Assembly: GCA_041496385.1 (NCBI GenBank)
Contig: JBGQEL010000024.1
Span: forward strand, 1 to 48,405
DNA length: 48,405 nucleotides
Source: Candidatus Methylomirabilia bacterium
GTDB taxonomy: Bacteria; Methylomirabilota; Methylomirabilia; Rokubacteriales; CSP1-6
Reading direction: 5' to 3'
The notes below the pieces were generated by a model that saw only the letters and a program-made list of their open reading frames with translations, did not search any database and was not told the DNA's origin. This document shows positions 40,019 through 48,405 of this stretch, piece after piece. Positions within the stretch are counted from its first letter, which is position 1; the number at the start of each line of letters is the position of its first letter. Position numbers and translations under genes: made by a program.

Positions 40019-40810
40019 CTACGGCGCTAGCGCGCGCCGGAGCGCACGACGGAGCGGCAGCGGCAGGGCGAGCGCCAGCAGGGGCCTCATCGCGTAGACG
40101 GCGCACCACCAGGGATACCGGCGCGCGCGCACGGCGCGCCAGCGCACGCTCGCCTCGGCCCGCAGCCGCTCGCCGTCGCGCGCGACGGACACGCGCCCCG
40201 GCAGGAGCCGGCGGATCACGAGCGGCTCGGCGAGGTTCGCCATACGCGTGATGGCCGCGAGACGCATCCAGAGGTCGTAGTCCTGCGCGACGGGCAGCGT
40301 CGGATCGTAGCCCCCGAGCCGCTCGGCGAGCGCCCGGCGCATGACGATCGACGAGTGGATGAACGGGTTCCGGCGGATCAGGGCGCGCCGGATCGCCGCG
40401 TCGTCCGTGGGCGGCGCGCGCCGCGCGATCTCGCGGCCTCCGACGTCGACCTCCCGGGCGCCCGTGCCGAGGAGGCCGACCTCGGGATGGGCGTCGAGGA
40501 AGCTCACCTGACGCGCGAGCCGCTCGGGCAGCGCCAGGTCGTCCGCGTCCAGGCGCGCGACCAGCCCGGCGCGTGCGAGCCCGAGGGCGCGGTTGAGCGC
40601 GCGCGTGAGCCCCGCGCGCGGCTGGCGCGTCACGCGCAGGCGCGAGTCGGCCAGCGTGTCGAGCAGCGCGGGCGTGGCGTCCGTCGAGCCGTCGTCGACG
40701 ACGACCAGCTCGAGGTCGGCGAGCGTCTGCGCGAGCACGCTCTGCACCGCCTCGCGCACCCACGGCGCGCCGTTGTGGACGCCCATCAGCACGGAGACGC
40801 GCGGCGCCAT
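40019..40810 (-). CDS. GT2 glycosyltransferase
   Basis: VSVLM..HNG, VVDDGSTD, ARLDADD, QDYDLW. Confidence 0.9.
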   Translation of the reverse strand: MAPRVSVLMGVHNGAPWVREAVQSVLAQTLADLELVVVDDGSTDATPALLDTLADSRLRVTRQPRAGLTRALNRALGLARAGLVARLDADDLALPERLARQVSFLDAHPEVGLLGTGAREVDVGGREIARRAPPTDDAAIRRALIRRNPFIHSSIVMRRALAERLGGYDPTLPVAQDYDLWMRLAAITRMANLAEPLVIRRLLPGRVSVARDGERLRAEASVRWRAVRARRYPWWCAVYAMRPLLALALPLPLRRALRRALAP

Positions 40811-40814
40811 CGGC

Positions 40815-40853
40815 TCAGCGCGCCGGCGCGGCCGCCCAGCGCCGCGCGCTCAT
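40815..40853 (-). other. 12-codon mini-ORF / possible deletion scar (MSARRWAAAPAR)
   Basis: ATG overlaps the upstream stop (ATGA); its stop lies 4 nt before the next gene's ATG. Confidence 0.35.
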
Positions 40854-42613
40854 CGGCCCGCCGCCGCGTCGCAGGCCGACAGGGGGAGGACCGCGGGGCG
40901 CGGCTCGAAGCTGAAGCGGTACCAGCGCGTTCCGGCCGAGGCGGGATAGAGCGCGTAGCGCCGGCCGTCGACGACGCGCGGCTCGGCCGGCGGAAGCGCG
41001 CAGGTCCCGAGGATCCGGGGATCCGTCTGCTTGGTCAGCGTCACCGATGCGTGCGAGAGCATGCGTCGGCTCCCCGCGAGCTCGCGCTCGGTCGCGGCGT
41101 CCAGCGGGCCGACGCGGATCCCCTCGGGCGCCCGGCACGCGCCGGGCAGCGGCGGCCATGGGCGGAGGGCGCTCCACACCCACGTCGGCTCGACGAGGCA
41201 GCCGTGGATGCGCGCGCCGCGCAGGCAGGCGCCGGCGGCGCCGTCCGCCGCGGGGAACAGCGCGGCCACGGTGGGCATCATGCCGTAGTGCGCGCCGATC
41301 TGGGCCGGGAAGAAGAGCACGTTCGCATTCGCGCCCTCGAGCTGGGCCCGGGCGAGGACGCCGTGCAGCGCCCGCTCCGACGCCGTCATGGCGGGCACGT
41401 CGCGGTGGAAGACCACCCACCGCGCGGAGGCGTGCAGGCCGAGCCAGACGACGAGCGCCGTCCACGCGACGGCCCGCGTCCCGGCGCCGAGCCGCTCCGA
41501 ACGGCCCAGGGCCTCGGTCCACAGGAGAAAGAGCGCGGGCAGCGCGCCCGTCAGGTGGAACGACTCCGGCGTGCCGACGGGCAGCATGAGCGGCAGGCTG
41601 CCCAGCGCGAGCCAGACGAGGCAGAAGCCCACCCGCCGCCGGGCCGCCCCATCCCCCCGCGAGGCGCGGAGGGCGAGCGCCACTAGCAGCGCGGCCGGCG
41701 CCAGCGCCAGAACCAGCGCCAGCGCGCCCGCCGGGCTCGGCATCAGCTCGCGGATCCGCGCGAACTCGGGAAAGATCGGCAGCGCGCGGAGCGGATCGAG
41801 CGGCATACCGCCGGTCGCCAGCGCGAAGAGCACGCGCGCCGGGTTCTCGACCAGCACGCCGGGCGTCTCGCGCGCGGCGTGCCAGAGGTCCGCGAGGGTC
41901 TGGGGCGAGCCGCCGTAGATCGACGTCAGCACGAGGCGCCAGACGGCGAAGACGGGCAGGATCGCGAGGAAGACGAGCGCGCGCAGCACCGCGCGGCGGT
42001 CGCGCCGGACGATCGCCGCGTGGGCCAGCGGCACGGGCGCGAGCGCGAGCAGCGTCTCGTGCGACAGGCCGGCGACGAGCAGCAGGCCCAGCGCGGCGGC
42101 GAGGCGGCGCCCCCGCCGGCGCGGCTCGGTGTCCTCGGCTCCGAAGTAGAGCGCGAGCCCGGCGAGGCCGCACGCCGCGACGAGGGAAAAACCGAAGAAC
42201 AGGAGCGAGTAGACCGTGGCATAACTCACGGCGAGACAGCCGGCCACGAGGAGCGCGCGCACCCGGCTGCCGGTGACGCGCGCGGCGACGCGCCACGCGG
42301 CCCAGACCATGACCGCCAGGCCCAGGACGTTCACGACGTAGTAGCCGAAGGCGTCGCACCCGAAGGCCCGTACCGCGAGCCACCACTGCACCGCGCGCAC
42401 CGGACGGACGAAGGACGGCGTGTGGACCGTCACCTGCCAGCGAATCGCCTCGCTCATCCCTTCGAGCGAGAGCGGCAGCGGCAGGAGGTTGTAGGCGATC
42501 CACGGGAAGTCGAACCAGAGGATGCCCGGAGCCGGATGGAGCAGGAAGAAGAACGCGAGCGCGCCGCCGAGGACCGCGAGGTCGGACGGCCGGCGCGCCG
42601 GCCGCTCAGCCAC
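40850..42613 (-). CDS. Multi-pass membrane protein, GT-C-like glycosyltransferase candidate
   Basis: Many TM segments; FVRPV...FG.D.FGYY.VN and LSHE resemble GT-C/TMTC-like motifs; Cys-containing C-terminal domain. Confidence 0.55.
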   Translation of the reverse strand: MAERPARRPSDLAVLGGALAFFFLLHPAPGILWFDFPWIAYNLLPLPLSLEGMSEAIRWQVTVHTPSFVRPVRAVQWWLAVRAFGCDAFGYYVVNVLGLAVMVWAAWRVAARVTGSRVRALLVAGCLAVSYATVYSLLFFGFSLVAACGLAGLALYFGAEDTEPRRRGRRLAAALGLLLVAGLSHETLLALAPVPLAHAAIVRRDRRAVLRALVFLAILPVFAVWRLVLTSIYGGSPQTLADLWHAARETPGVLVENPARVLFALATGGMPLDPLRALPIFPEFARIRELMPSPAGALALVLALAPAALLVALALRASRGDGAARRRVGFCLVWLALGSLPLMLPVGTPESFHLTGALPALFLLWTEALGRSERLGAGTRAVAWTALVVWLGLHASARWVVFHRDVPAMTASERALHGVLARAQLEGANANVLFFPAQIGAHYGMMPTVAALFPAADGAAGACLRGARIHGCLVEPTWVWSALRPWPPLPGACRAPEGIRVGPLDAATERELAGSRRMLSHASVTLTKQTDPRILGTCALPPAEPRVVDGRRYALYPASAGTRWYRFSFEPRPAVLPLSACDAAAGR

Positions 42614-43370
42614 GCCCGGGTTTCTCGAGGACGATGAACGCCCGCGTGGCGAGCGCGCCCCCGAACGGCCGCGCGAGCCTGTCGACCGCACGCGCGAGCG
42701 CCATGACCGCGCGCGGCACGGGGCGCGCCCTCCGGAAGCCCAGCGTCGCGAGGTAGTCCACGGAGGTCGCCAGCTCGCGGGTGCGGAGCCGCAGCTCGCC
42801 GCCGTCGGCGCGCCCGCGCCCGAACGCCAGGAACGGGATCGCGGGGTTGCCGTCGAGGAGGAGCTTGGCGTCGGCGCCGAACGGCCGCTCCAGGTCGGCC
42901 GAGAGGTCGCAGCACTCGTGGTGGAGCCACCGGTAGAGCACGTACGACGCGGGCGTGATCCAGGGCTCGAGCATCGCGAGCCGGCCGCCGGGCCGGAGCG
43001 CGCGCGTCGCCTCGCGCAGGAAGCCGACCGGTCGCGGCAGATGGTGGAGCACGTCGATCATCACGACCGCGCCGAGGGTCGCGTCGCCGAACGGCAGCGC
43101 GCCCGCGTCGCAGCAGACGTCGACGAGCGGCCCGCGGAGCGCGTCGGTCGCGACGACGTGCGGCGCGAACTCCTTGAAGAAGCCGGGTCCCGCGCCGATC
43201 TCGATCACCGGCGCCCGCCCCGCGATCTCGTCGAGCAGCCGGCGGAACCAGGCGCGGTACACCTCCCGGAGCTCCGGCCGCGCCTCCCAGACGGCCCGGT
43301 GGCGGGCGAGCGTCTCCGCGTCACTCGCGGGCGCCGCCGCCGGCGGCGTCGGCCGCTCAGCGCTCGGCAT
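42606..43370 (-). CDS. Class I SAM-dependent methyltransferase
   Basis: IEIGAGPG, DAGALPF, DVLHH, LRPGGR...EP. Confidence 0.88.
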   Translation of the reverse strand: MPSAERPTPPAAAPASDAETLARHRAVWEARPELREVYRAWFRRLLDEIAGRAPVIEIGAGPGFFKEFAPHVVATDALRGPLVDVCCDAGALPFGDATLGAVVMIDVLHHLPRPVGFLREATRALRPGGRLAMLEPWITPASYVLYRWLHHECCDLSADLERPFGADAKLLLDGNPAIPFLAFGRGRADGGELRLRTRELATSVDYLATLGFRRARPVPRAVMALARAVDRLARPFGGALATRAFIVLEKPGRG

Positions 43371-44100
43371 GAATGAGCATCGAGCCCGAGATCGCGCGCA
43401 GGAGAGGGACGCGCTCGAAGGCCTCGACGAGCGGCGCGACGACGGGCAGCAGCGCGCGCGGCGTCGAGGGATGGAGGAAATCGAAGTAGCGCACGCTGAC
43501 CCGCGCGAAGCCGAGCCGCCGGAGCACGCGCGAGACCCGGCCGCGCGTGAACGCCATCTCGTCGGGCGAGGTTCCGAAGTAGGGCTTGAGGCGCTCGACC
43601 TTGAACATGAGCAGCACCTGCGGGTTCAGGAGATTGGGCTCGGAGAAGACGAGCCGGCCCCCGGGCCGGAGCACGCGGCGCACCTCGTCGAGCGCCGCCT
43701 CCACCTCGAGGTGGTGGAGGATCGAGCAGCCGAAGACGACGTCGAACGTCCCGTCGGGAAACGGCAGGCGTTCGGCGTTGCCGCGCACGAAGCGGGCGCC
43801 CGCCGGCACCTTCGCCCTGGCCCGGGCGAGCAGCTCCTGCGAGAGGTCGAGCGCGACGAGCCGGGAGCCCGCCGGCGCCACGCGACGCGTGAACTCCCCC
43901 GTCCCGCAGCCGAGCTCGAGCGCGCGGGCGCCGGGTCGGATGCCGCCGCGCTCGACGAAGAGCCGCCCGCGCCGGTCCGCGCGCAGCCGGCCGGCCGGCG
44001 TGTCCCAGCCCCAGATCTCCTCGATCTCGCGCCCGGCGAGGTCGCGGTGGTGCTCGATCTCGTGCTGGAGACGCTCGCTGCCCGACGCTCTCGGTGTCAT
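43357..44100 (-). CDS. Class I SAM-dependent methyltransferase
   Basis: LELGCGTG, AERLPFPDGTFDVV, ILHH, VLRPGG...EPN. Confidence 0.9.
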   Translation of the reverse strand: MTPRASGSERLQHEIEHHRDLAGREIEEIWGWDTPAGRLRADRRGRLFVERGGIRPGARALELGCGTGEFTRRVAPAGSRLVALDLSQELLARARAKVPAGARFVRGNAERLPFPDGTFDVVFGCSILHHLEVEAALDEVRRVLRPGGRLVFSEPNLLNPQVLLMFKVERLKPYFGTSPDEMAFTRGRVSRVLRRLGFARVSVRYFDFLHPSTPRALLPVVAPLVEAFERVPLLRAISGSMLIHAER

Positions 44101-45077
44101 CGCGGGAGCCCCATTCTAGCGCGCGGCCCGGGCGGGCCGGCGGCCTTGCGGAAGAGGAGGTTGAGGTACGGCAGCGCGAGCGACGGCGGCCGGCCGGCGG
44201 CGGCGAGTGCCGCGCAGGCCGCGGCGAAGAGTGGCAGCAGCGCCCGCCGCGTCCGTGAGCGCGCGGTGTCGCGGAAGAAGCGCCAGCCGTAGCCGGCCTC
44301 CTCGGTGAGATCCTCGAGGCCGCTCCGGCCCGCGGACGGCAGGCACTCGGCGAGCGTCGCGTTCCGCCAGCCCGTCCCGTCGGCGACGAAGTCCCGGTAC
44401 GGGACCGCGGCGAAGCGGCGGGGACGGCCGGCGCGCGCGTACGCGTACGCGAGGCGCGGCGGGAGCCACTGCACGAGCGGCAGGCCGACCGAGTGGGTCT
44501 CGAGCGGGAACCAGCGGTTCGGCGTGTCGAGGATCGCGATGGAGCCGCCGGGCGCCAGCAGCCGGTAGTACTCGTCCACCTGCGCGCGGCGGTTGCGCGG
44601 CGGCAGGTGCTCGACGACGCCGACCGCGACCACGACGTCGAACGCCCCGTCGGTCCACGGCAGCCGCCGCGTCTCGTCGCCGGCCAGGTGACGCACCTCG
44701 CGCACGAGGGCGAGCCCCAGCTCGGCGACCTTGGCGCGCGCCATCGCCACGAAGGCGGGGTCGGTATCGAAGGTGACGATCTCCCCGACCTCGGGCTGCT
44801 CGGCGAGGTACTCCGTCATGTGGCCGAAGGAGCAGCCGACCTCGAGCACGCGGAGGCCGCGGGCGCCGCGCGCGCGGAGGTGGCGGACGAGCGGCCCGAG
44901 GAAGTGCGGCCCGCGCGTCTCCTTGTAGCCCAGGTACGGCGGCGTGCGTGCGGCTCCCTTGCGCTCCAGCAGCATGCGGATCACGCGCTCGCTGTAGCGC
45001 GTGACGTACTCGCGCCCGCCCACCTCGAGCACGCGCCTATCGCCGCGATCGGTGAGGCGGTACGGCGCCTCGCTCAT
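44097..45077 (-). CDS. Class I SAM-dependent methyltransferase
   Basis: VLEVGCSFG, LPWTDGAFDVV, VVEHL, L.PGG...TPNRWFP.ETH. ATG at 45077 lies 7 nt downstream of TATACT. Confidence 0.85.
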   Translation of the reverse strand: MSEAPYRLTDRGDRRVLEVGGREYVTRYSERVIRMLLERKGAARTPPYLGYKETRGPHFLGPLVRHLRARGARGLRVLEVGCSFGHMTEYLAEQPEVGEIVTFDTDPAFVAMARAKVAELGLALVREVRHLAGDETRRLPWTDGAFDVVVAVGVVEHLPPRNRRAQVDEYYRLLAPGGSIAILDTPNRWFPLETHSVGLPLVQWLPPRLAYAYARAGRPRRFAAVPYRDFVADGTGWRNATLAECLPSAGRSGLEDLTEEAGYGWRFFRDTARSRTRRALLPLFAAACAALAAAGRPPSLALPYLNLLFRKAAGPPGPRARMGLPR

Positions 45078-45084
45078 CGGGCGC

Positions 45085-45126
45085 AGTATAGCGTGGCTTG
45101 ACACCCGGCGGTCCGGCCCGTACCTT
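45085..45126. promoter_or_regulatory. Back-to-back divergent promoters
   Basis: Plus strand TTGACA(45098)-N17-TACCTT(45121), 7 nt before GTG 45134; minus strand TATACT (45090-45085), 7 nt before ATG 45077. Confidence 0.7.
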
Positions 45127-45133
45127 CCGTTCG

Positions 45134-46024
45134 GTGCCGAGCGGACTCGCCCCAGCGGCCTCGCGGACGGTCACGATCGCCGGAACGCGCTACCCGATCG
45201 AGGTGCTCGCCCGCTCGCGGGCGCCCGAGCCCGACGCGGTCGCGATCGTCGTCCCCTGCCACGAGGCCTTCGAGTTGACGCGCCTCTGCCTGGATGCGAT
45301 CCGGCGCTTCACGGACGTGCCGCACGAGGTCTGGGTCGTGGATAACGCCTCCTCGCCGGCGACCGTCGGGCGCCTCGTCGGGGAAACAGACGCCAACCTG
45401 ATCCTCAACCGCGCCGCGCCCTGGCGGCGGAGCGGGCTGTTCGCGCGCTTCCTGCCCTGGTACCGCCAGGCCGGCGGCGGCTCGGTGGCCAACGGCGTCG
45501 CCCTCGAGCTGGCGGCGGAGGTCGTCCAGCCCCGCTGGATGTTCTGCATGCACAACGACGCGATGCCGGCGCGGCGCGGCTGGCTCGCCTACCTGCGCTC
45601 GCGGCTCGACGCGCGGACGCGCGCGGTCGGCGTGCGGCAGGATCCGACCCGCGTACGCGCCGCCCACCAGTCGGGCCTCCTCTTCGATTTCTCGCTCTTC
45701 CGCCCGCTCCGCATGAGCTTCATGCCGGGCCTCCCGGCATACGACGTGGGCGACCTCGTGAGCGTGCGGCTGCGCGAGGCCGGGTACGAGGTCGCCATCT
45801 GCGACAACGCCTACAACCGGCCCGAGCTCCGCGAGCGGCTCCCCGAGGGCCACTGGCTCAAGGCGATCAACTGCGATATCGCGTTCGACCCCGCGGGCGA
45901 GATCGTCTACCTGCACCTCGGGCGCGGCACGCTCAGATATTCGCAGCCCGGCTCCGAGCACGCGCGGCAGCTCGCGCTCGATGACTGGCTCGCGCTCGTG
46001 CGCGCGCACATCCTCGCCCCCTGA
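45134..46024 (+). CDS. GT2-like glycosyltransferase
   Basis: AIVVP, CLDAI, VWVVDNAS, MHNDA (DxD-like position), YDVGD. Confidence 0.7.
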   Translation: MPSGLAPAASRTVTIAGTRYPIEVLARSRAPEPDAVAIVVPCHEAFELTRLCLDAIRRFTDVPHEVWVVDNASSPATVGRLVGETDANLILNRAAPWRRSGLFARFLPWYRQAGGGSVANGVALELAAEVVQPRWMFCMHNDAMPARRGWLAYLRSRLDARTRAVGVRQDPTRVRAAHQSGLLFDFSLFRPLRMSFMPGLPAYDVGDLVSVRLREAGYEVAICDNAYNRPELRERLPEGHWLKAINCDIAFDPAGEIVYLHLGRGTLRYSQPGSEHARQLALDDWLALVRAHILAP

Positions 46025-47143
46025 TCAGCCCGTGCGGGCCACCGAACGGACGAGCGCGATCTCCCGCGCCACACACTCGGCGAGATCGTAGCGCTCGACG
46101 ACCGCGGCGCGGGCCGCGCCGCCGAGCGCGGCGGCGAGCGCCGGGTCGGTCAGGACCCGCTCGAGCCCGGCGGCCAGCTCCGCGGGGCGCCGGGCGTCGA
46201 AGAGCAGACCCGTGACGCCGTTGGTGATCAGCGAGCGATTGCCCACGCAGTCGGACGCCACGCACGCCAGGCCCGAGCTCATCGCCTCGAGCAGGACCTT
46301 GGGGTGCCCCTCCGTGAAGGAGGCGAGCACGAACGCGTCGGCCGATACGTAAAACGGCGGCAGCCGCGGCTGGTCCACGACGCCCGCGAGCTCGAGGCTC
46401 ACTCCCTCGTCCCGCGCCTGGCGGCGCAGCGGCTCCGCAAGCGGGCCCGCGCCGACGAAGACGAGCCGCAGGGGCACGCGCCCGGCGAGGAGCGCCGCAG
46501 CGCGCACGAGGGCCGACAGGTTCTTCTCGGGCGACAGGCGCCCGACGTACAGCACGCGCCGGGGCCCGCCGGCCGCGCGGGCCGGCGCGGCGGGCGCGAA
46601 CCGCCGCGTGTCGACGCCGTTGGGGATCAGCTCCACCCGGGGCGCGAGCGTCGCCGCGTGCGCGCGCAGCTCGTCGGTCGTCGCGATCACCGCGGCGGCG
46701 TGGCGGAGGCCGACGCGCTCGACGGCGCGCTTCAGGAGCCGTGTCGGCCCGGGCCGCGCGAGACGCGCGTACCAGAACCCGTAGGTCGTGACGTAGGGCA
46801 CGCCGAAGCGGGCGCGCGCGATCACGGCCGGGATCACGCCGGTCACCTGGAAGACGCGCAGCACGGCGCAAGCGCGGAAGGCGGCGGCGTGGGTCCACGG
46901 CATGCCGAGGGCGCGCCGCGCGCGGCTCGTCGCGCGCGGCGGCGCCAGCACCTCGACGCGCGCGCGCAGCTCGGCGTCGTCGGTGAACTCGGCGAGCGAC
47001 TCGGGGAGATAGCTGAAGTAGGTCACGCGCCCGAAGGCGGCCGCGTACGGCCGCATGTAGCCGTCGACGAGCCGGGAGGTCTGGCCGCTCGCCGCCAGCT
47101 CGCGGAGCCCGCCGCCGAGCGCCGGGAGCAGGCCGACCGTCAC
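46025..47143 (-). CDS. GT4 glycosyltransferase
   Basis: IPNGVD, VGRLSPEKN, EGHPKVLLEAMSSG. GTGA overlap with the upstream gene. Confidence 0.9.
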   Translation of the reverse strand: MTVGLLPALGGGLRELAASGQTSRLVDGYMRPYAAAFGRVTYFSYLPESLAEFTDDAELRARVEVLAPPRATSRARRALGMPWTHAAAFRACAVLRVFQVTGVIPAVIARARFGVPYVTTYGFWYARLARPGPTRLLKRAVERVGLRHAAAVIATTDELRAHAATLAPRVELIPNGVDTRRFAPAAPARAAGGPRRVLYVGRLSPEKNLSALVRAAALLAGRVPLRLVFVGAGPLAEPLRRQARDEGVSLELAGVVDQPRLPPFYVSADAFVLASFTEGHPKVLLEAMSSGLACVASDCVGNRSLITNGVTGLLFDARRPAELAAGLERVLTDPALAAALGGAARAAVVERYDLAECVAREIALVRSVARTG

Positions 47144-48276
47144 CGGCGGCGCCACCGCGCGAGCGCGTCCTCGTACACGCGCCGCGTCGCGGCGACGCAA
47201 CGATCCCACCGGAAGAGGCGCTCCACGCGATCGCGGTTGGCCGCGCCGAGCTTCTCGCGGAGCCCGCGGTCACCGAGGAGGAGCTCGAGCCGCTCGGTGA
47301 AGCGCGCGGGCGCGCCGGGGTCGCAGAGGAAGCCGCCCTCGCCGTCGACGACCAGCTCGGGGATCGAGCCCCGGTCCGACGTCACCACCGGCAGCCCCGA
47401 GGACATCGCCTCGCCGACGGTGAGGCCGAAGCCCTCCATCGCCGACGGGAAGAGGAAGACGTCGGCGAGGTTGAAATGGTCGGCCTTCTCCGCCTCCGGC
47501 ACGTAGCCGGTGAAGACCACGCTCGCGGCGACACCGCGCCGCGCGGCGTGGCGCCGGAGCGGGCCGAGCAGCGGGCCGCCGCCCGCCACGAGGAGCCGCG
47601 CCGCGGGGTGGGCGGCCGCCACGGGCGTCCAGATGTCGAGCAGCAGGAACAGATTCTTCCGCGGCTTCAGGCCGCCCAGGTAGAGCACGACGGGGCCGCC
47701 GCCGAGACCGTAGCGCGCGACGAGGTCGCCGCGGCGCGGGCGCGGCGCGAAGCGCGCGTCGACGCCGTACGGCACCACGTCGACGTGGTCGATCCGGCAG
47801 CCCAGCTCGCGCGCGAGCTGGCGGCGCGCGAACTCGCTCCCGACGACGACGCGGTCCGAGCCCTCCACCACGCGCCGCTCGATCAGCCGGTTCCACGGGC
47901 TCGGGTCGAGGTGGTGGTGATGGGACACGATCGGCACGTCGAGTCCGTAGCGGCGCCGCGCCCAGAGCGCGGAGGGCCCGATGTAGCGGAGCGAGTGGAC
48001 CCGCAGCAGATCGAACGGCGCCCCCTCGTGGACGCGCCGGATCGCCGCCGGCACGACGAAGGGCGCGACCCACCAGCGGAGGCCGCGGCCGATGGCAAAG
48101 CGGTGGACGGTCGCCGGCGGCGCGAGCGGCGGGTGGGCACGGCCGCGCGCGAGGATGATCTCGAGCCGCACGCCGGCCTGCGCCAGGCGCACCAGCATCT
48201 CGCGCTCGTAGGTCTCCCCGCCCGAGGTGGTCTCGGGCGCGATGCCGCAGTGGGGCGTGCAGAGGGAGAGCGTCAT
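47140..48276 (-). CDS. GT4 glycosyltransferase
   Basis: SGGETY, VPYGVD, GGLKPRKN, EGFGLTVGEAMSSG. Confidence 0.9.
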   Translation of the reverse strand: MTLSLCTPHCGIAPETTSGGETYEREMLVRLAQAGVRLEIILARGRAHPPLAPPATVHRFAIGRGLRWWVAPFVVPAAIRRVHEGAPFDLLRVHSLRYIGPSALWARRRYGLDVPIVSHHHHLDPSPWNRLIERRVVEGSDRVVVGSEFARRQLARELGCRIDHVDVVPYGVDARFAPRPRRGDLVARYGLGGGPVVLYLGGLKPRKNLFLLLDIWTPVAAAHPAARLLVAGGGPLLGPLRRHAARRGVAASVVFTGYVPEAEKADHFNLADVFLFPSAMEGFGLTVGEAMSSGLPVVTSDRGSIPELVVDGEGGFLCDPGAPARFTERLELLLGDRGLREKLGAANRDRVERLFRWDRCVAATRRVYEDALARWRRR

Positions 48277-48404
48277 CGCGTCGCGATCACCAGGTAGCCG
48301 CCGACGAACGAGGCGAGCTCGGACCGCTGCACGCGCGCGGTCCCGTCGAGCCGGGCGAGCAGATCGAGCAGCGGGAACGCGCAGTACCCGAGGTGGCGGA
48401 GGCC
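48273..48404 (-). CDS. C-terminal fragment of a gene running off the window (function unknown)
   Basis: Open frame GLRHLGYCAFPLLDLL...GGYLVIATR-stop whose TGA overlaps the next ATG. Confidence 0.6.
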   Translation of the reverse strand, partial: GLRHLGYCAFPLLDLLARLDGTARVQRSELASFVGGYLVIATR

Positions 48405-48405
48405 C

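Noticed and set aside
47908..47925. HHHH run in the last GT4 as a metal-binding tag
   Set aside because: It falls at the usual T.H position of the GT4 N-terminal domain and is too short to support a separate function.

Overview
High-GC, densely coding bacterial chromosome segment from a diderm organism (BamD, O-antigen-ligase-family gene). The sequence style is compatible with Candidatus Rokubacteria/Methylomirabilota, but that is only an impression. The left part encodes an LLM monooxygenase (partial), an SDR, an EmrAB-type efflux pair behind a LarA/DUF2088-like gene, bamD-ltaE-oppDF and an M23 peptidase with a sigma54-type promoter. The middle is a loose aspartate-family amino-acid cluster (alaC-hom-thrC-lysC ... 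dapL ... argH-lipoprotein-lysA-dapA-dapB-folB-folK) interleaved with comEA/comEC, mltG, a plsC-like gene and an ECF sigma/anti-sigma pair. The right part is a methyltransferase-rich surface-glycan locus. The most striking feature is a stand-alone, oppositely oriented RNA polymerase alpha-subunit gene (22359-23348) outside any ribosomal operon. Its DNA-binding alpha-CTD is near canonical, but its assembly domain is eroded and has lost the RVGQxTD loop, which suggests a specialised second alpha. Other notable points are a probable internal lysC beta-subunit start, many leaderless or short-leader promoters, a probable CTG start codon and two gene scars. No rRNA, tRNA, CRISPR array or mobile element was recognised. 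All family calls come from motif recognition by eye, with no database searches.
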